Shown here piece after piece: positions 1 to 8,490 of a stretch of 64,000 nt of DNA. The translations under genes were made by a program, and so were the position numbers. Source of the DNA: Paludibacteraceae bacterium (GTDB lineage: Bacteria > Bacteroidota > Bacteroidia > Bacteroidales > Paludibacteraceae). The stretch lies in NCBI GenBank assembly GCA_017479885.1, contig JAFVBR010000022.1, positions 34,555 through 98,554 on the forward strand. Reading direction: 5' to 3'. The first letter of the stretch is position 1; every line of letters begins with the position of its first letter. Below the pieces are notes generated by a model that saw nothing but the letters and a program-made list of their open reading frames with translations, was not told the DNA's origin and did not search any database.

Positions 1-204
1 GCCATTTTGGAGAGTTTCGATGAAGGTATGAACTGGACTGAACCTGACTCTGCTCACAACCACATGCCCGAAACCTATACCAATCGCGCGTACCAGTCCG
101 TGTTGGTTGACAGTAATCAGAATATCTATGTCATTGGAGGCAAATCGCGCACCCTGGTGTTCTCTGACGTTTACAAAGGCAGACTCAACAGCATCAACTG
201 GTGA
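1..204 (+). CDS. 3' end of a CDS entering from the left edge (Kelch/beta-propeller-like C-terminus, family uncertain)
   Basis: Frame is open from base 1 to TGA at 202-204. The tail NIYVIGGKSRTLVFSDVYKGRLNSINW resembles a terminal propeller blade. The TTG at 7 is not a credible start. Confidence 0.4.
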   Translation, partial: AILESFDEGMNWTEPDSAHNHMPETYTNRAYQSVLVDSNQNIYVIGGKSRTLVFSDVYKGRLNSINW

Positions 205-227
205 GACCGCTCTTCGCTTGTCAGTTG

Positions 228-1109
228 TTATTTCTTGAATAGTTTTGCCTTCTCTTCGTCGGTCAGACTGTCATAGCCCGATTGGCGTATCTTGTCGAGA
301 ATACGGTCTATCTCTTGCCTGTTTGCATCATCTTCTTTATCGGTGTCGGTATTGTTGCTGACAGGCTCCTGATAGTGGTAGCCCTCATAAGGGTTGTTCT
401 CTTTCTGTTTTCTGCTCATCTTGTTCTTCAGTCTCGCCCACCATTCTTTCAAATTGAAATTGGACGGCGTGGCACCGAAACTCTTGTCTGTCCGTTTCCA
501 TATCAGTATCAGCAGCCAGCCGAACAGCAGACCGCCCAAGTGTGCAAAGTGTGCCACATTGTCGCCCGAGAAGTTGCCCAAACCCGCAAACAATTCTATA
601 AAGGCGTATATAATGACAAATATCCTTGCGCGGATTGGTATGGGAATAGGGAAAATGAACAGTTTTGTGTCAGGAAACAGCCAGCCGAAGGCGAACAATA
701 TGCCGAACACGGCTCCGCTGGCGCCTATGGTGACTGCCAAACTGGCAGTCTGACCGTACATCATCCACCACACCAGTTCCTGCACTATGCCTGCACCTAT
801 ACCCGACACAAGGTAGTAGGTCAGAAAACGCTTGCTTCCCCACTGCTGCTCCAGCGGAGCGGCAAACATGAATACGGCAAACATGTTGAAAAACAAGTGA
901 GAGAAGTTGGCATGCATGAACATGTATGTCACAGGTTGCCACCAATGAAAGGCGCCTGAACCTATATAATACAATCCTAACCAGTTGGTTAGGTCAATCT
1001 GAAATCTGGTCTTCATCACAAGGTCTGCAAGCCAAAATATAAGATTTATTATAAGCAGGTTTTTGGTTACGGCCGGAATATTCGACCAAAAGGATGTTCT
1101 GTTCTGCAT
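228..1109 (-). CDS. rhomboid family intramembrane serine protease
   Basis: 293 aa, multi-TM. GASGAVFGILFAFG (GxSG Ser) and HFAHLGGLLFGW (His) motifs. Charged C-terminal tail. Confidence 0.85.
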   Translation of the reverse strand: MQNRTSFWSNIPAVTKNLLIINLIFWLADLVMKTRFQIDLTNWLGLYYIGSGAFHWWQPVTYMFMHANFSHLFFNMFAVFMFAAPLEQQWGSKRFLTYYLVSGIGAGIVQELVWWMMYGQTASLAVTIGASGAVFGILFAFGWLFPDTKLFIFPIPIPIRARIFVIIYAFIELFAGLGNFSGDNVAHFAHLGGLLFGWLLILIWKRTDKSFGATPSNFNLKEWWARLKNKMSRKQKENNPYEGYHYQEPVSNNTDTDKEDDANRQEIDRILDKIRQSGYDSLTDEEKAKLFKK

Positions 1110-1282
1110 AGTTTTTTGTTGTTGGTTATCTTCTTCTGTTGTATGTGCAGGCGTTTGAAATAAATATCGGTTCCTGCTTCTTCCTTAACTGCAAAAACCG
1201 TGCAATTTGTCGAAAAAGGTGTACATAATTAAGTTTTTGCAAAATTTTTACATTAAAAGTTTGCCGTTTGAAAATTATGTGC

Positions 1283-1290
1283 TATATTTG
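1283..1290 (+). promoter_or_regulatory. Bacteroidota -7 box TATATTTG upstream of the HU gene
   Basis: Matches TAnnTTTG about 68 nt before the ATG at 1358. Confidence 0.5.
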
Positions 1291-1357
1291 CACACGATTT
1301 CCGTATTCGTCGGATGTCAATAATGAAATTAAACGTTTAATTAACAAATTTATCATT

Positions 1358-1627
1358 ATGAACAAAGTAGAACTCGTTGCTGCTATCGCAGCTGAAGCTG
1401 GTCTTTCAAAGGCTGCTGCTCAGAAAGCTCTCGAGGCAGGCGTTAAAGCTGTTGCTGAGGCTTTGAAGAAAGGTGAGAACGTACAACTCATCGGTTTTGG
1501 TACATTCGCAGTTGTTGAGCGTGCTGCTCGTAATGGCGTTAACCCCGCTACTGGCAAGGCTATCAAAATTGCAGCTAAGAAAGTCGTTAAATTCAAAGCC
1601 GGTAAGGCTCTTGCTGAGGCTCTCTAA
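1358..1627 (+). CDS. hup: HU family DNA-binding protein
   Basis: [11 protein letters not shown]...[40 protein letters not shown] is a canonical HU/IHF fold sequence. Internal ATG at 1358 chosen; the 1268 extension has no homology. Confidence 0.9.
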   Translation: MNKVELVAAIAAEAGLSKAAAQKALEAGVKAVAEALKKGENVQLIGFGTFAVVERAARNGVNPATGKAIKIAAKKVVKFKAGKALAEAL

Positions 1628-1649
1628 TCAGAACTGTATAGCAGAAAAC

Positions 1650-1684
1650 GGGATTGTCATATATATGGCAATCTCTTTTTTTTT
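1650..1684 (+). terminator. rho-independent terminator after the HU gene
   Basis: About 10-bp stem GGGATTGTCA/TGGCAATCTC followed by a T9 run. Confidence 0.7.
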
Positions 1685-1727
1685 GTATTACCGTAGGAAT
1701 ATGTTTTCTCATTTCGCCAATTCTTTG

Positions 1728-1735
1728 TATCTTTG
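1728..1735 (+). promoter_or_regulatory. -7 box TATCTTTG upstream of gcvH
   Basis: TAnnTTTG match. It is followed by a G-poor repetitive leader (atcatcaaatc words) up to the ATG at 1797. Confidence 0.5.
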
Positions 1736-1796
1736 CACCGATTAAACAAATCATCAAATCTTTGAATTATCAAATCATCAAATCATATATATCGTT

Positions 1797-2174
1797 ATGT
1801 CTAAAATCCCCGAAAATCTGCGTTACACTCGTGAGCATGAGTGGATTCGCGTTGAAGGTGATGCCGCTTATGTTGGTATTACCGATTATGCCCAGTCTGA
1901 ATTGGGTGAGATAGTGTTTGTTGACGTTGACACCGTAGGTGAGACCATCGCACAAGGCGAAGTTTTCGGCACGGTTGAGGCTGTTAAAACCGTCAGCGAC
2001 CTCAATATGCCTGTAACAGGCGAAGTGCTTGAGTTCAATGAAACTCTCAACGACCAACCCGAACTCGTCAACAACGACCCCTATGGAGAAGGCTGGATGA
2101 TAAAGATCTCTGTCAACGATGCTGCAGAACTTGACAATCTGCTTGACGCTGCTGGCTATCAGGCTGTCATCTGA
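1797..2174 (+). CDS. gcvH: glycine cleavage system protein H
   Basis: 125 aa. [33 protein letters not shown] and the lipoyl-lysine context [10 protein letters not shown]. Confidence 0.9.
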   Translation: MSKIPENLRYTREHEWIRVEGDAAYVGITDYAQSELGEIVFVDVDTVGETIAQGEVFGTVEAVKTVSDLNMPVTGEVLEFNETLNDQPELVNNDPYGEGWMIKISVNDAAELDNLLDAAGYQAVI

Positions 2175-2201
2175 GTTGAGATAATATTAGTAAGATTAAT
2201 A

Positions 2202-2236
2202 AGAGAGAGAATATGTGTTGTTCATATTCTCTCTCT
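2202..2236. terminator. bidirectional hairpin between convergent genes
   Basis: Perfect 14-bp stem AGAGAGAGAATATG/CATATTCTCTCTCT, loop 2216-2222. Confidence 0.6.
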
Positions 2237-2268
2237 TTATGTTGTTATGGTAGGTTGTCAATATGACC

Positions 2269-3027
2269 TTATTGCAAATCCAGTGTCGGCTGCTGTGCTA
2301 TGCTTTTCTGAATCTGCCGGTCGGTCTCAGGAGTGAGTTTTTTCTCGCCTGTGCGATAATAATATATTACCCCGTAGTTCTGGCAGCACCGCATCTTCTC
2401 GTATGGCAGTTTCTGTCTGTAGTAGTACTCCACCTGGTTCCAGATGTCAAGTATCAGTTTGTCTGCCTGTTCGCGCAGCGGACCAAGGTCTTCGTAGGTG
2501 CGGTTGGTCGTCTTCTTGTGCATACGCTGGGTGACTTGGTGCTCTTTGAAGATGTCGTAGTGCACCTTCACTTTCGATATCGTGGGGTTGTATATCGGAA
2601 AGCCCCCCATTCTTACGCGCTCTGTCTCGCCGTCTATGATGTTTTGGCCCCACACCAACAGGTCCTCTTCAGATGACAGGTCGGGCAGAATATGGTTGTT
2701 TACATCGAGTTTGTAAAGTTCTTTCTGCTCTTTCTTTATGTCACCTCTTATTACTGCCAGGTTCAGCACTTGTATGAAGTGGCTGATGTACATGCGCGCA
2801 TTGCTCACAATGTGTCTGTAGCGCTTGTTGGCGTTTACCTTCGTCTGGAAATTCTGGTGATATTGCTGCACCTGGTTCTCAAAGATGAGCAAAAAGCGCT
2901 GAGCCTCGTTGAGAGTGCGGTAGGTCAGCACTTGCTCCGTAAAGTCTGCTTCGCTTGCTCTCTGCACTGCATCGTGCAATGCTCTGAGGCGCGCTTGGTC
3001 GGTGTTGGGTAATCTTCTGTAAGGCAT
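2269..3027 (-). CDS. conserved hypothetical protein
   Basis: ORF trimmed to the internal ATG (MPYRRLPNTDQARL...) because the longer form overlaps the upstream polyprenyl synthase gene. No family recognised. Confidence 0.55.
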   Translation of the reverse strand: MPYRRLPNTDQARLRALHDAVQRASEADFTEQVLTYRTLNEAQRFLLIFENQVQQYHQNFQTKVNANKRYRHIVSNARMYISHFIQVLNLAVIRGDIKKEQKELYKLDVNNHILPDLSSEEDLLVWGQNIIDGETERVRMGGFPIYNPTISKVKVHYDIFKEHQVTQRMHKKTTNRTYEDLGPLREQADKLILDIWNQVEYYYRQKLPYEKMRCCQNYGVIYYYRTGEKKLTPETDRQIQKSIAQQPTLDLQ

Positions 3028-3104
3028 GATTCTGGCGCGAATAGATGGTTGGAAATTCGTGCGAAACAACTCTTCGCACGTTTCTGCCTGCAAAGTTATA
3101 CATT

Positions 3105-4067
3105 TTATTCTTTTCTCGCAAGCAATTTCTCCGCTAATTTGATAAGAATCAGTTTTTTTTCTGATGAAACACTCAGTTTGTCCAGTTCTGCGAGTGCTAT
3201 GTCTGTGTGTTTTTTCATCTCCTCTTCGCATGCCTGACGCACATTCAGACCTGTGTATATTTCCGTAACTGCGGCTATTTTCTCTTGGGAGTCCATACTC
3301 TTGTCAGCGAGCAGTCTGCTGAGTAGGTTGCGCTCTCTGTCGCTTGCCGACTGCATGGCTGTGAGCAGCATAAATGTCTTCTTGGCGCATAGTATGTCGC
3401 CGCCTGTAGCCTTGCCGAAAGTCTCGGGATTGCCATATACGTCAAGCAGGTCGTCCTGCAGTTGGAAGGCGAGACCTGTCTCTATTCCGTAGTTGTACAG
3501 TGCTGTCTGGTCGGCTTCACCCGCACCCGCTATCAGGGCGCCTGTCTGCAGAGCGTTCGCAAGCAATACTGAGGTCTTCAGCCGTATCATCATCATGTAG
3601 TCCTCTATCTGTACGTCGTCTCTTGTCTCGAAATCCACATCGTATTGCTGGCCCTCGCATATCTCTGTTGCCATCTTGTTGAACAGGCGTAGCACCTCGG
3701 GCAGTACGTCGGCTCTCACTTTCGACAGCAGTGAGTAGGCTTCTATCAGCATCTGGTCGCCCGACAGAATGGCGGTGTTCTCGTTCCAGCGTACGTGCAC
3801 TGTGGGTCTGCCGCGGCGCACTGAGGCTTTGTCCATCACGTCGTCATGCAGCAGAGTGAAGTTGTGAAACACCTCCAATGCCAATGCTGCCGGCAGCACT
3901 TCTTCGCGCTTGCCGTCAAACATGTCGGAGGCTATCACTGCAAGCGAGGGTCTCAGGCGTTTGCCTCCTGCACTCAGTGTGTATCCTATCGGTTCGTACA
4001 AACCCCGCGGCTCTCTCTGCCAGTCGAGTTCGGCTATCGCCTGCTGAACATACTCTGTCGCTGTCAT
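3105..4067 (-). CDS. polyprenyl diphosphate synthase (trans-IPPS family, chain length unknown)
   Basis: First DDxxD motif LLHDDVMD and second motif FQLQDDLLDV. 320 aa. Confidence 0.85.
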   Translation of the reverse strand: MTATEYVQQAIAELDWQREPRGLYEPIGYTLSAGGKRLRPSLAVIASDMFDGKREEVLPAALALEVFHNFTLLHDDVMDKASVRRGRPTVHVRWNENTAILSGDQMLIEAYSLLSKVRADVLPEVLRLFNKMATEICEGQQYDVDFETRDDVQIEDYMMMIRLKTSVLLANALQTGALIAGAGEADQTALYNYGIETGLAFQLQDDLLDVYGNPETFGKATGGDILCAKKTFMLLTAMQSASDRERNLLSRLLADKSMDSQEKIAAVTEIYTGLNVRQACEEEMKKHTDIALAELDKLSVSSEKKLILIKLAEKLLARKE

Positions 4068-4088
4068 AGCTGTGATATCAAGTCTTTG

Positions 4089-5063
4089 TCAGAAACTGTC
4101 TTCTATTATGTCGGTCAGCACGTCTTTCATCTCCAAACCAGCCGCTCTCACCTGCTGAGGTATGAAACTGGTAGCGGTCATGCCCGGAGTGGTGTTCACC
4201 TCCATCAGGTTCACCTGCCCGCTCTCTAATATTATGTAGTCGGTGCGGATAATGCCGTGGCAGCCGATGATGCTGTACAGGCGCAGTGTCTCCTGCTGAA
4301 TCTGCTTTGTCAGCTCCTCTGATATGCGGGCGGGGGTAATCTCGTCTGACTCGCCGTTGTATTTGGCCTTGTAGTCGAAATATTCGTTGTGCGACACTAC
4401 CTCAGTCAGCGGAAACGCTACTGCCTTCTGCCGGGTCTTGTAAACGCCGCAGGTCACTTCCGTACCTTTCATGAAGGCTTCTATTATCACTTCGCCGCCC
4501 TCGCCCATTGCTACTTCTATCGCAGGTTGTATCTGCTCTTTGGTCTTCACTTTCGTGCAACCGAAACTGCTGCCGCCCACGTTGCTCTTGATGAAGCAGG
4601 GCAGACCTATCTCTTTCATCACGCGCTCGTCGCTTATCTCTTCGCCTCTTCTCAGCAGTATGGAGTCTGCTATGTTGAATCCGAATGAACGTAGATAGTG
4701 GTTGCACGCAAACTTGTTGTAGGTCAGGGCGGCGGCAAGCACGCCGCAGCAGGAGTAGGGTATCTTCATCATGTCGAAGTAGCCCTGCAGAAGACCGTTC
4801 TCGCCAGGACCGCCGTGGATGGTGATATAGGCGAAATCGAATGTGTGGCGTTGGCCCTGATAGGTGTATGAGAAATCGTTTTTGTCTATTGCCACGCGGG
4901 TGTTCTCGTCTATCTCAACCTGCCAGTCGTTGCCGCGCATTGCCACTACTAAGGCGTTGTATCTCTCCTTGTCTATAAACGACAGTATGCCGGCTGCACT
5001 GCGCAGCGAGACATCATGTTCGGAGGTGTCACCTCCTGCCACTATTGCTATGTTGCGTTTCAT
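4089..5063 (-). CDS. ddl: D-alanine--D-alanine ligase
   Basis: 324 aa. N-terminal IAIVAGGDTSEHDVSLRSA, ATP-grasp core, C-terminal EVNTTPGMT. Confidence 0.9.
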   Translation of the reverse strand: MKRNIAIVAGGDTSEHDVSLRSAAGILSFIDKERYNALVVAMRGNDWQVEIDENTRVAIDKNDFSYTYQGQRHTFDFAYITIHGGPGENGLLQGYFDMMKIPYSCCGVLAAALTYNKFACNHYLRSFGFNIADSILLRRGEEISDERVMKEIGLPCFIKSNVGGSSFGCTKVKTKEQIQPAIEVAMGEGGEVIIEAFMKGTEVTCGVYKTRQKAVAFPLTEVVSHNEYFDYKAKYNGESDEITPARISEELTKQIQQETLRLYSIIGCHGIIRTDYIILESGQVNLMEVNTTPGMTATSFIPQQVRAAGLEMKDVLTDIIEDSF

Positions 5064-5133
5064 ATTCTTTGATTGATTGTGTTTCAGAGTGTTTTGGGGA
5101 TTATGTTGATATGTTTTGTCAATTGCGTTTTAC

Positions 5134-5198
5134 CTCGTTTGGTCTATAATTTTATCTCTTTTGGTTTATAATTTTATCTCGTTTGGTCTATAATTTAT
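5134..5198. repeat. 22-bp tandem repeat x3 inside the ddl 5' leader
   Basis: CTCGTTTGGTCTATAATTTTAT / CTCTTTTGGTTTATAATTTTAT / CTCGTTTGGTCTATAATTTAT, read directly. Confidence 0.9.
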
Positions 5199-5217
5199 TC
5201 AATGTCTGTATTAGTTG

Positions 5218-5225
5218 CAAAATTA
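5218..5225 (-). promoter_or_regulatory. -7 box TAATTTTG (minus strand), probable ddl promoter
   Basis: CAAAATTA on the plus strand, about 155 nt upstream of the ddl ATG. Confidence 0.4.
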
Positions 5226-5446
5226 CAACAAATATCTCATATAGGCAAATCATATTCAAATCACTGCCAAATCATAACAAAAACATATTCAATTCAAACC
5301 CAAGTCATCTTCACTTCAAGTCTGAGTCATGCTCACTTCATATCCGAATCAGTTTCCCTTCAACCCCGCATCAAGTTTCACTCACCTGTATTTTGTTTTC
5401 GCCGCCCTCACTCTTTGCTGTCATTCTACTTTCATTCTCCTTGCTT

Positions 5447-5534
5447 TTCCCTATTTTTATTGGTCTGTTATTGGTTGATTATTGGACGATTATTGGTAGA
5501 TTATTGGATGATTATTGGTAGATTATTGGTTGAT
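5447..5534. repeat. 11-bp phased tandem repeat, about 8 units (TTATTGGnnGA)
   Basis: ttattggtctg ttattggttga ttattggacga ttattggtaga ttattggatga ttattggtaga ttattggttga ttaccgtatga. Confidence 0.9.
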
Positions 5535-5650
5535 TACCGTATGATTCGTCTGCAACGTGCCTAATTCCGGCATTTCGTCTCCATTCCCGTTGGCACTCTG
5601 CTGGCGCAATCGTTGCTCTCCTATTGCCGAATAAGGCTTTGTTTTTCAGT

Positions 5651-5700
5651 AAATACACGAAAATATTTGTGTATTTGCAAAACTTGCACTACTTTTGTAG
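5651..5700 (+). promoter_or_regulatory. promoter block (TTTG -33 at 5666-5669, TACTTTTG -7 at 5690-5697), duplicated at 36912-36960
   Basis: Near-identical roughly 49-nt copy elsewhere in the window. -33/-7 spacing is 20 nt. ATG at 5708 only about 10 nt after the -7 box. Confidence 0.6.
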
Positions 5701-5707
5701 TCGAAAC

Positions 5708-6454
5708 ATGAAAAAGTGCCTTTACATATTGCTTCTGACGCTCCTGCCTCTCTGCTCGTTTGCTGATGTACGCCTTACTCTCAAGTCCGGGCACACTCTT
5801 ACGGGCACCGTTGTCTTCCGCAACGAGGAAGTGATTGTTGTCAAGTCCGCCGAGGGGCAGCGCTTTCAGTATCCGATGTCCGAAGTGGCTGATATTGCGG
5901 AAGTTGATGAGCAAGCTATCAAGAACGAAGATACCAAACCCGTCACCGCTGCCAAGAAGGTGGGTGTATCGCTGCATCTGTCCGGAGGACCGGCTTTTAT
6001 TCCCCACGATGCTGCCGGAGGAGCTTTCGATGCTATGGTATTCGTAGGCGCCTGCAATTTGTTGGACAAGCACATTTTTATCGGCGGAGGTGTGGGATAC
6101 GAGAGTTTCTTCATGTTTCCTGTAGGAGAGCACAATTTTTCTACTGCCTCTTTCATTCCTGTGCAGGTGCGCTTTTCTGCTCCTTTGATGCCGACTCGCC
6201 ACGCCCCTGCTCTCGGTTGTTCCCTCGGTTACGGATTCTCTCCTAAAGGTATCGGAAAAAGTGGTATTTGTGCTTCTTTGGATGCCGGGTGGAGATGGCA
6301 GATAAACGAGAAAATGGCAATGTTTGCAGGCATCACAGCCGCTTTTCAGCAAGGAAAAACATCTGTCGATGAAACTATTGATGACAAAACTTATACCTCT
6401 GATGCCGTTAGAAACTTCTGCAAGCTGGGTCTGAAACTTGCTGTGCAGTTCTGA
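5708..6454 (+). CDS. secreted protein, probable outer-membrane beta-barrel
   Basis: Signal peptide MKKCLYILLLTLLPLCSFADV. Alternating hydrophobic G/Y-rich segments. Terminal ...LKLAVQF. ATG at 5708 chosen. Confidence 0.55.
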   Translation: MKKCLYILLLTLLPLCSFADVRLTLKSGHTLTGTVVFRNEEVIVVKSAEGQRFQYPMSEVADIAEVDEQAIKNEDTKPVTAAKKVGVSLHLSGGPAFIPHDAAGGAFDAMVFVGACNLLDKHIFIGGGVGYESFFMFPVGEHNFSTASFIPVQVRFSAPLMPTRHAPALGCSLGYGFSPKGIGKSGICASLDAGWRWQINEKMAMFAGITAAFQQGKTSVDETIDDKTYTSDAVRNFCKLGLKLAVQF

Positions 6455-6473
6455 CAAACACTATTTTGCTGCA

Positions 6474-6674
6474 ATGAGACGATATGCAAGTCGTGGGAGA
6501 AAGTTGCCGAGAAAGAATAGGCTTACAGTGCTACTTAACGAAAGTGAGCAGCGGGCACTTGATGCCTATTGCCGCAGATACAGAATACAGAACAAAAGCC
6601 GTTTCGTGCGTGAGACACTCATGAAGAATATTCTCCACAGGTTCGATGCCGACTCGCCTACTTTGTTCGACTGA
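6474..6674 (+). CDS. small ribbon-helix-helix-like protein (hypothetical)
   Basis: 66 aa. Basic N-terminus, then RLTVLLNESEQRALDAYC (beta-strand plus helix pattern typical of RHH). Confidence 0.4.
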   Translation: MRRYASRGRKLPRKNRLTVLLNESEQRALDAYCRRYRIQNKSRFVRETLMKNILHRFDADSPTLFD

Positions 6675-6742
6675 TAACCTGTTAGTGAAATACCAAACAT
6701 TGATTAGTTAACTGACATCATTAATTATAAATTCAACTTTTT

Positions 6743-8140
6743 ATGAAGAAACATTTATTTTATGCAGTGTTCATGGCCATGCTCATGACTGCATGCAACT
6801 TCTCTTCAACTATCATCGTTACTCCCGCTACACAGACCCTGCCCAAGGAGGGCGGTGAGTTCACTGTATCAGTAACTACCGAGGCCGAAACCAGCGAATG
6901 GACTGCCGAGTGCGACAGCACCTGGCTCCACATGGACAAAACATCCGGCACCGGCAGCGGCAAGGTTAACGTTACCGTTGATGCCAATCCTTATGCTACT
7001 ACTCAGAGCACTGTCATTCGTTTCCGTGACGAAAAGAATCTTGTTCAGGTTATTGTAATGCGTGAAGGTACTGGCGAAAACAACTCCGGCGAGAAACCCT
7101 CACAGAACCCCAATGCACCTGTCAAGGTCGATGTTACTGAAATCGAGGCACCTGCTGAAGGAGGCACCTACGACGTACAGGTTACTGCCGATGCTGACCT
7201 TAAATGGTCGGTTGCATCAAGTGCTTCATGGGTAAGATCCAATATCGGACTGGAGAAAGGCAACAAGAAAATCACTCTCACTGTTGATGCTGCTCCTGCT
7301 ACCACCTACGACCCGACCGAGGCTGTCGTTACTCTCAAACCCCAGACTTCTACCTCTGACGATGAGAAAACCTACATCCGTATCACCCGCGCAGGCCAGC
7401 CCGCACCCGTATTCACTATCGACAAGGGCAGAAAAGTGATGTTCGCCCCGGGCAACCTGCAATATCGTGCTTTAGGGAATACATGGCGTTTTGCAGACCA
7501 CCAATATACAATTATTGGTGCAGACAACCAATATATCTCCGCAACCAACTACGACTACATCGACCTCTTCGGCTGGGGCACAAGCGGATACAACGAGTGC
7601 TACCCCTATCTCTTCGCTAAAGATGCGCAATATGGTCCCGAGGGGGCAACTGATATAGAAGGAACTGAGTATGACTGGGGTGTTTACAACTCCGATAAGA
7701 TTGAAAACAGTCCTAACAAGAGTTACAAATGGTTCACCCTCAGCAGCATGGACTGGAATCAGATTATTGACCATAATGTTTCCACCCTTGGCACATGCAA
7801 CGGAGTTAAGGGTATTTTCATCTATCCTGACGGAATGTCGGCAGTAGGAGGAGAAACATTCGAAGATTATAATTCTTTTATTGTTACCGAAGAGTCATGG
7901 CTTGTAGAAAACGGAGTGATCTTCCTTCCGAATGCAGGAATGCGTATTAACGAAAAGGAAATTAGTATAGGAATTTACGGAAAATATTGGACAAGTACTG
8001 CTCATGAAGCAACAGGTGCCGGCATGGTGGAGTTTAGTGCTAACGAGACCACAGGTGATGGTGAAATATATACTTTGGGTAGTCCCAATTGCAGACATTA
8101 TGGTCTGCCTGTCCGTCTCGCAAGAGAAGTCAACTACTAA
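6743..8140 (+). CDS. BACON-repeat lipoprotein with C-terminal FISUMP/DUF1566-like domain
   Basis: Lipobox LMTAC. Two repeats of the P.EGG.F.V.V....W type. C-terminal FAPGNLQY..WRFA..DLFGWGTSG..FLPNAG..YWTST..GLPVRLA, shared with the paralogue at 30897-32846. Confidence 0.65.
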   Translation: MKKHLFYAVFMAMLMTACNFSSTIIVTPATQTLPKEGGEFTVSVTTEAETSEWTAECDSTWLHMDKTSGTGSGKVNVTVDANPYATTQSTVIRFRDEKNLVQVIVMREGTGENNSGEKPSQNPNAPVKVDVTEIEAPAEGGTYDVQVTADADLKWSVASSASWVRSNIGLEKGNKKITLTVDAAPATTYDPTEAVVTLKPQTSTSDDEKTYIRITRAGQPAPVFTIDKGRKVMFAPGNLQYRALGNTWRFADHQYTIIGADNQYISATNYDYIDLFGWGTSGYNECYPYLFAKDAQYGPEGATDIEGTEYDWGVYNSDKIENSPNKSYKWFTLSSMDWNQIIDHNVSTLGTCNGVKGIFIYPDGMSAVGGETFEDYNSFIVTEESWLVENGVIFLPNAGMRINEKEISIGIYGKYWTSTAHEATGAGMVEFSANETTGDGEIYTLGSPNCRHYGLPVRLAREVNY

Positions 8141-8141
8141 T

Positions 8142-8309
8142 TTAACGTGAGTTCGATATAAGCGGAATCGTCATCGTCATCCTGAACTTGTTTCAGGATC
8201 TCGTCGAGCATCAATGCAGTATACATAGATAAGAACTTGTTTCAGGATCTCATTCCTGCCGAAGTACTAACATCAAGAATATAAACTTCTTATATCGAAC
8301 TCACGTTAA
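8142..8309. repeat. MITE/REP-like element with 21-bp perfect terminal inverted repeats
   Basis: TTAACGTGAGTTCGATATAAG at 8142-8162 is the exact reverse complement of 8289-8309. Internal 19-bp direct repeat GAACTTGTTTCAGGATCTC at 8184-8202 and 8233-8251. The first copy sits in the hairpin ATCCTGAA-cttgt-TTCAGGAT. Confidence 0.8.
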
Positions 8310-8365
8310 GTTATATGTAGAGATTGTAATTCATTCATAGAGACGCATAACAATACGTCTCCACA

Positions 8366-8413
8366 TAAAAAGAAAAGCCTAATCAGCACATACTGTTTAG
8401 GCTCTTCTTTTTC
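8366..8413. terminator. bidirectional terminator between convergent genes
   Basis: Stem AGCCTAA/TTAGGCT (8376-8403), flanked by an A-run upstream and a T-run downstream. Confidence 0.6.
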
Positions 8414-8490
8414 CAATCAGCATAGTAGTCTTTGCTCTTTGTTCTGTAGCACCAGCGGTCTTAACTCCTAAGCGCCAGCGGTCCTACCTC

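Noticed and set aside
1268-1357. Longer N-terminal extensions of several ORFs in the track (HU 1268, 2269-3231, 40687, 42827, 44759, 51490, 59462, 5624, 38966, 47008)
   Set aside because: The extensions overlap upstream genes, promoters or repeat leaders. They lack homology-like sequence, while internal ATGs give canonical N-termini or signal peptides. Coordinates were trimmed accordingly.
5134-5534. CRISPR array interpretation of the tandem repeats (also 30832-30885 and 63091-63159)
   Set aside because: The units are 11-22 bp and directly abutting, with no unique spacers. No cas genes are present in the window.
8142-8309. Invertible promoter (phase-variation switch) interpretation of the TIR-bounded element
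   Set aside because: There is no TAnnTTTG/TTTG promoter on either strand of the 126-bp core, no nearby tyrosine or serine recombinase, and the element lies between convergent gene ends. It is kept only as a MITE/REP-like repeat. Inversion can still be tested with reads.
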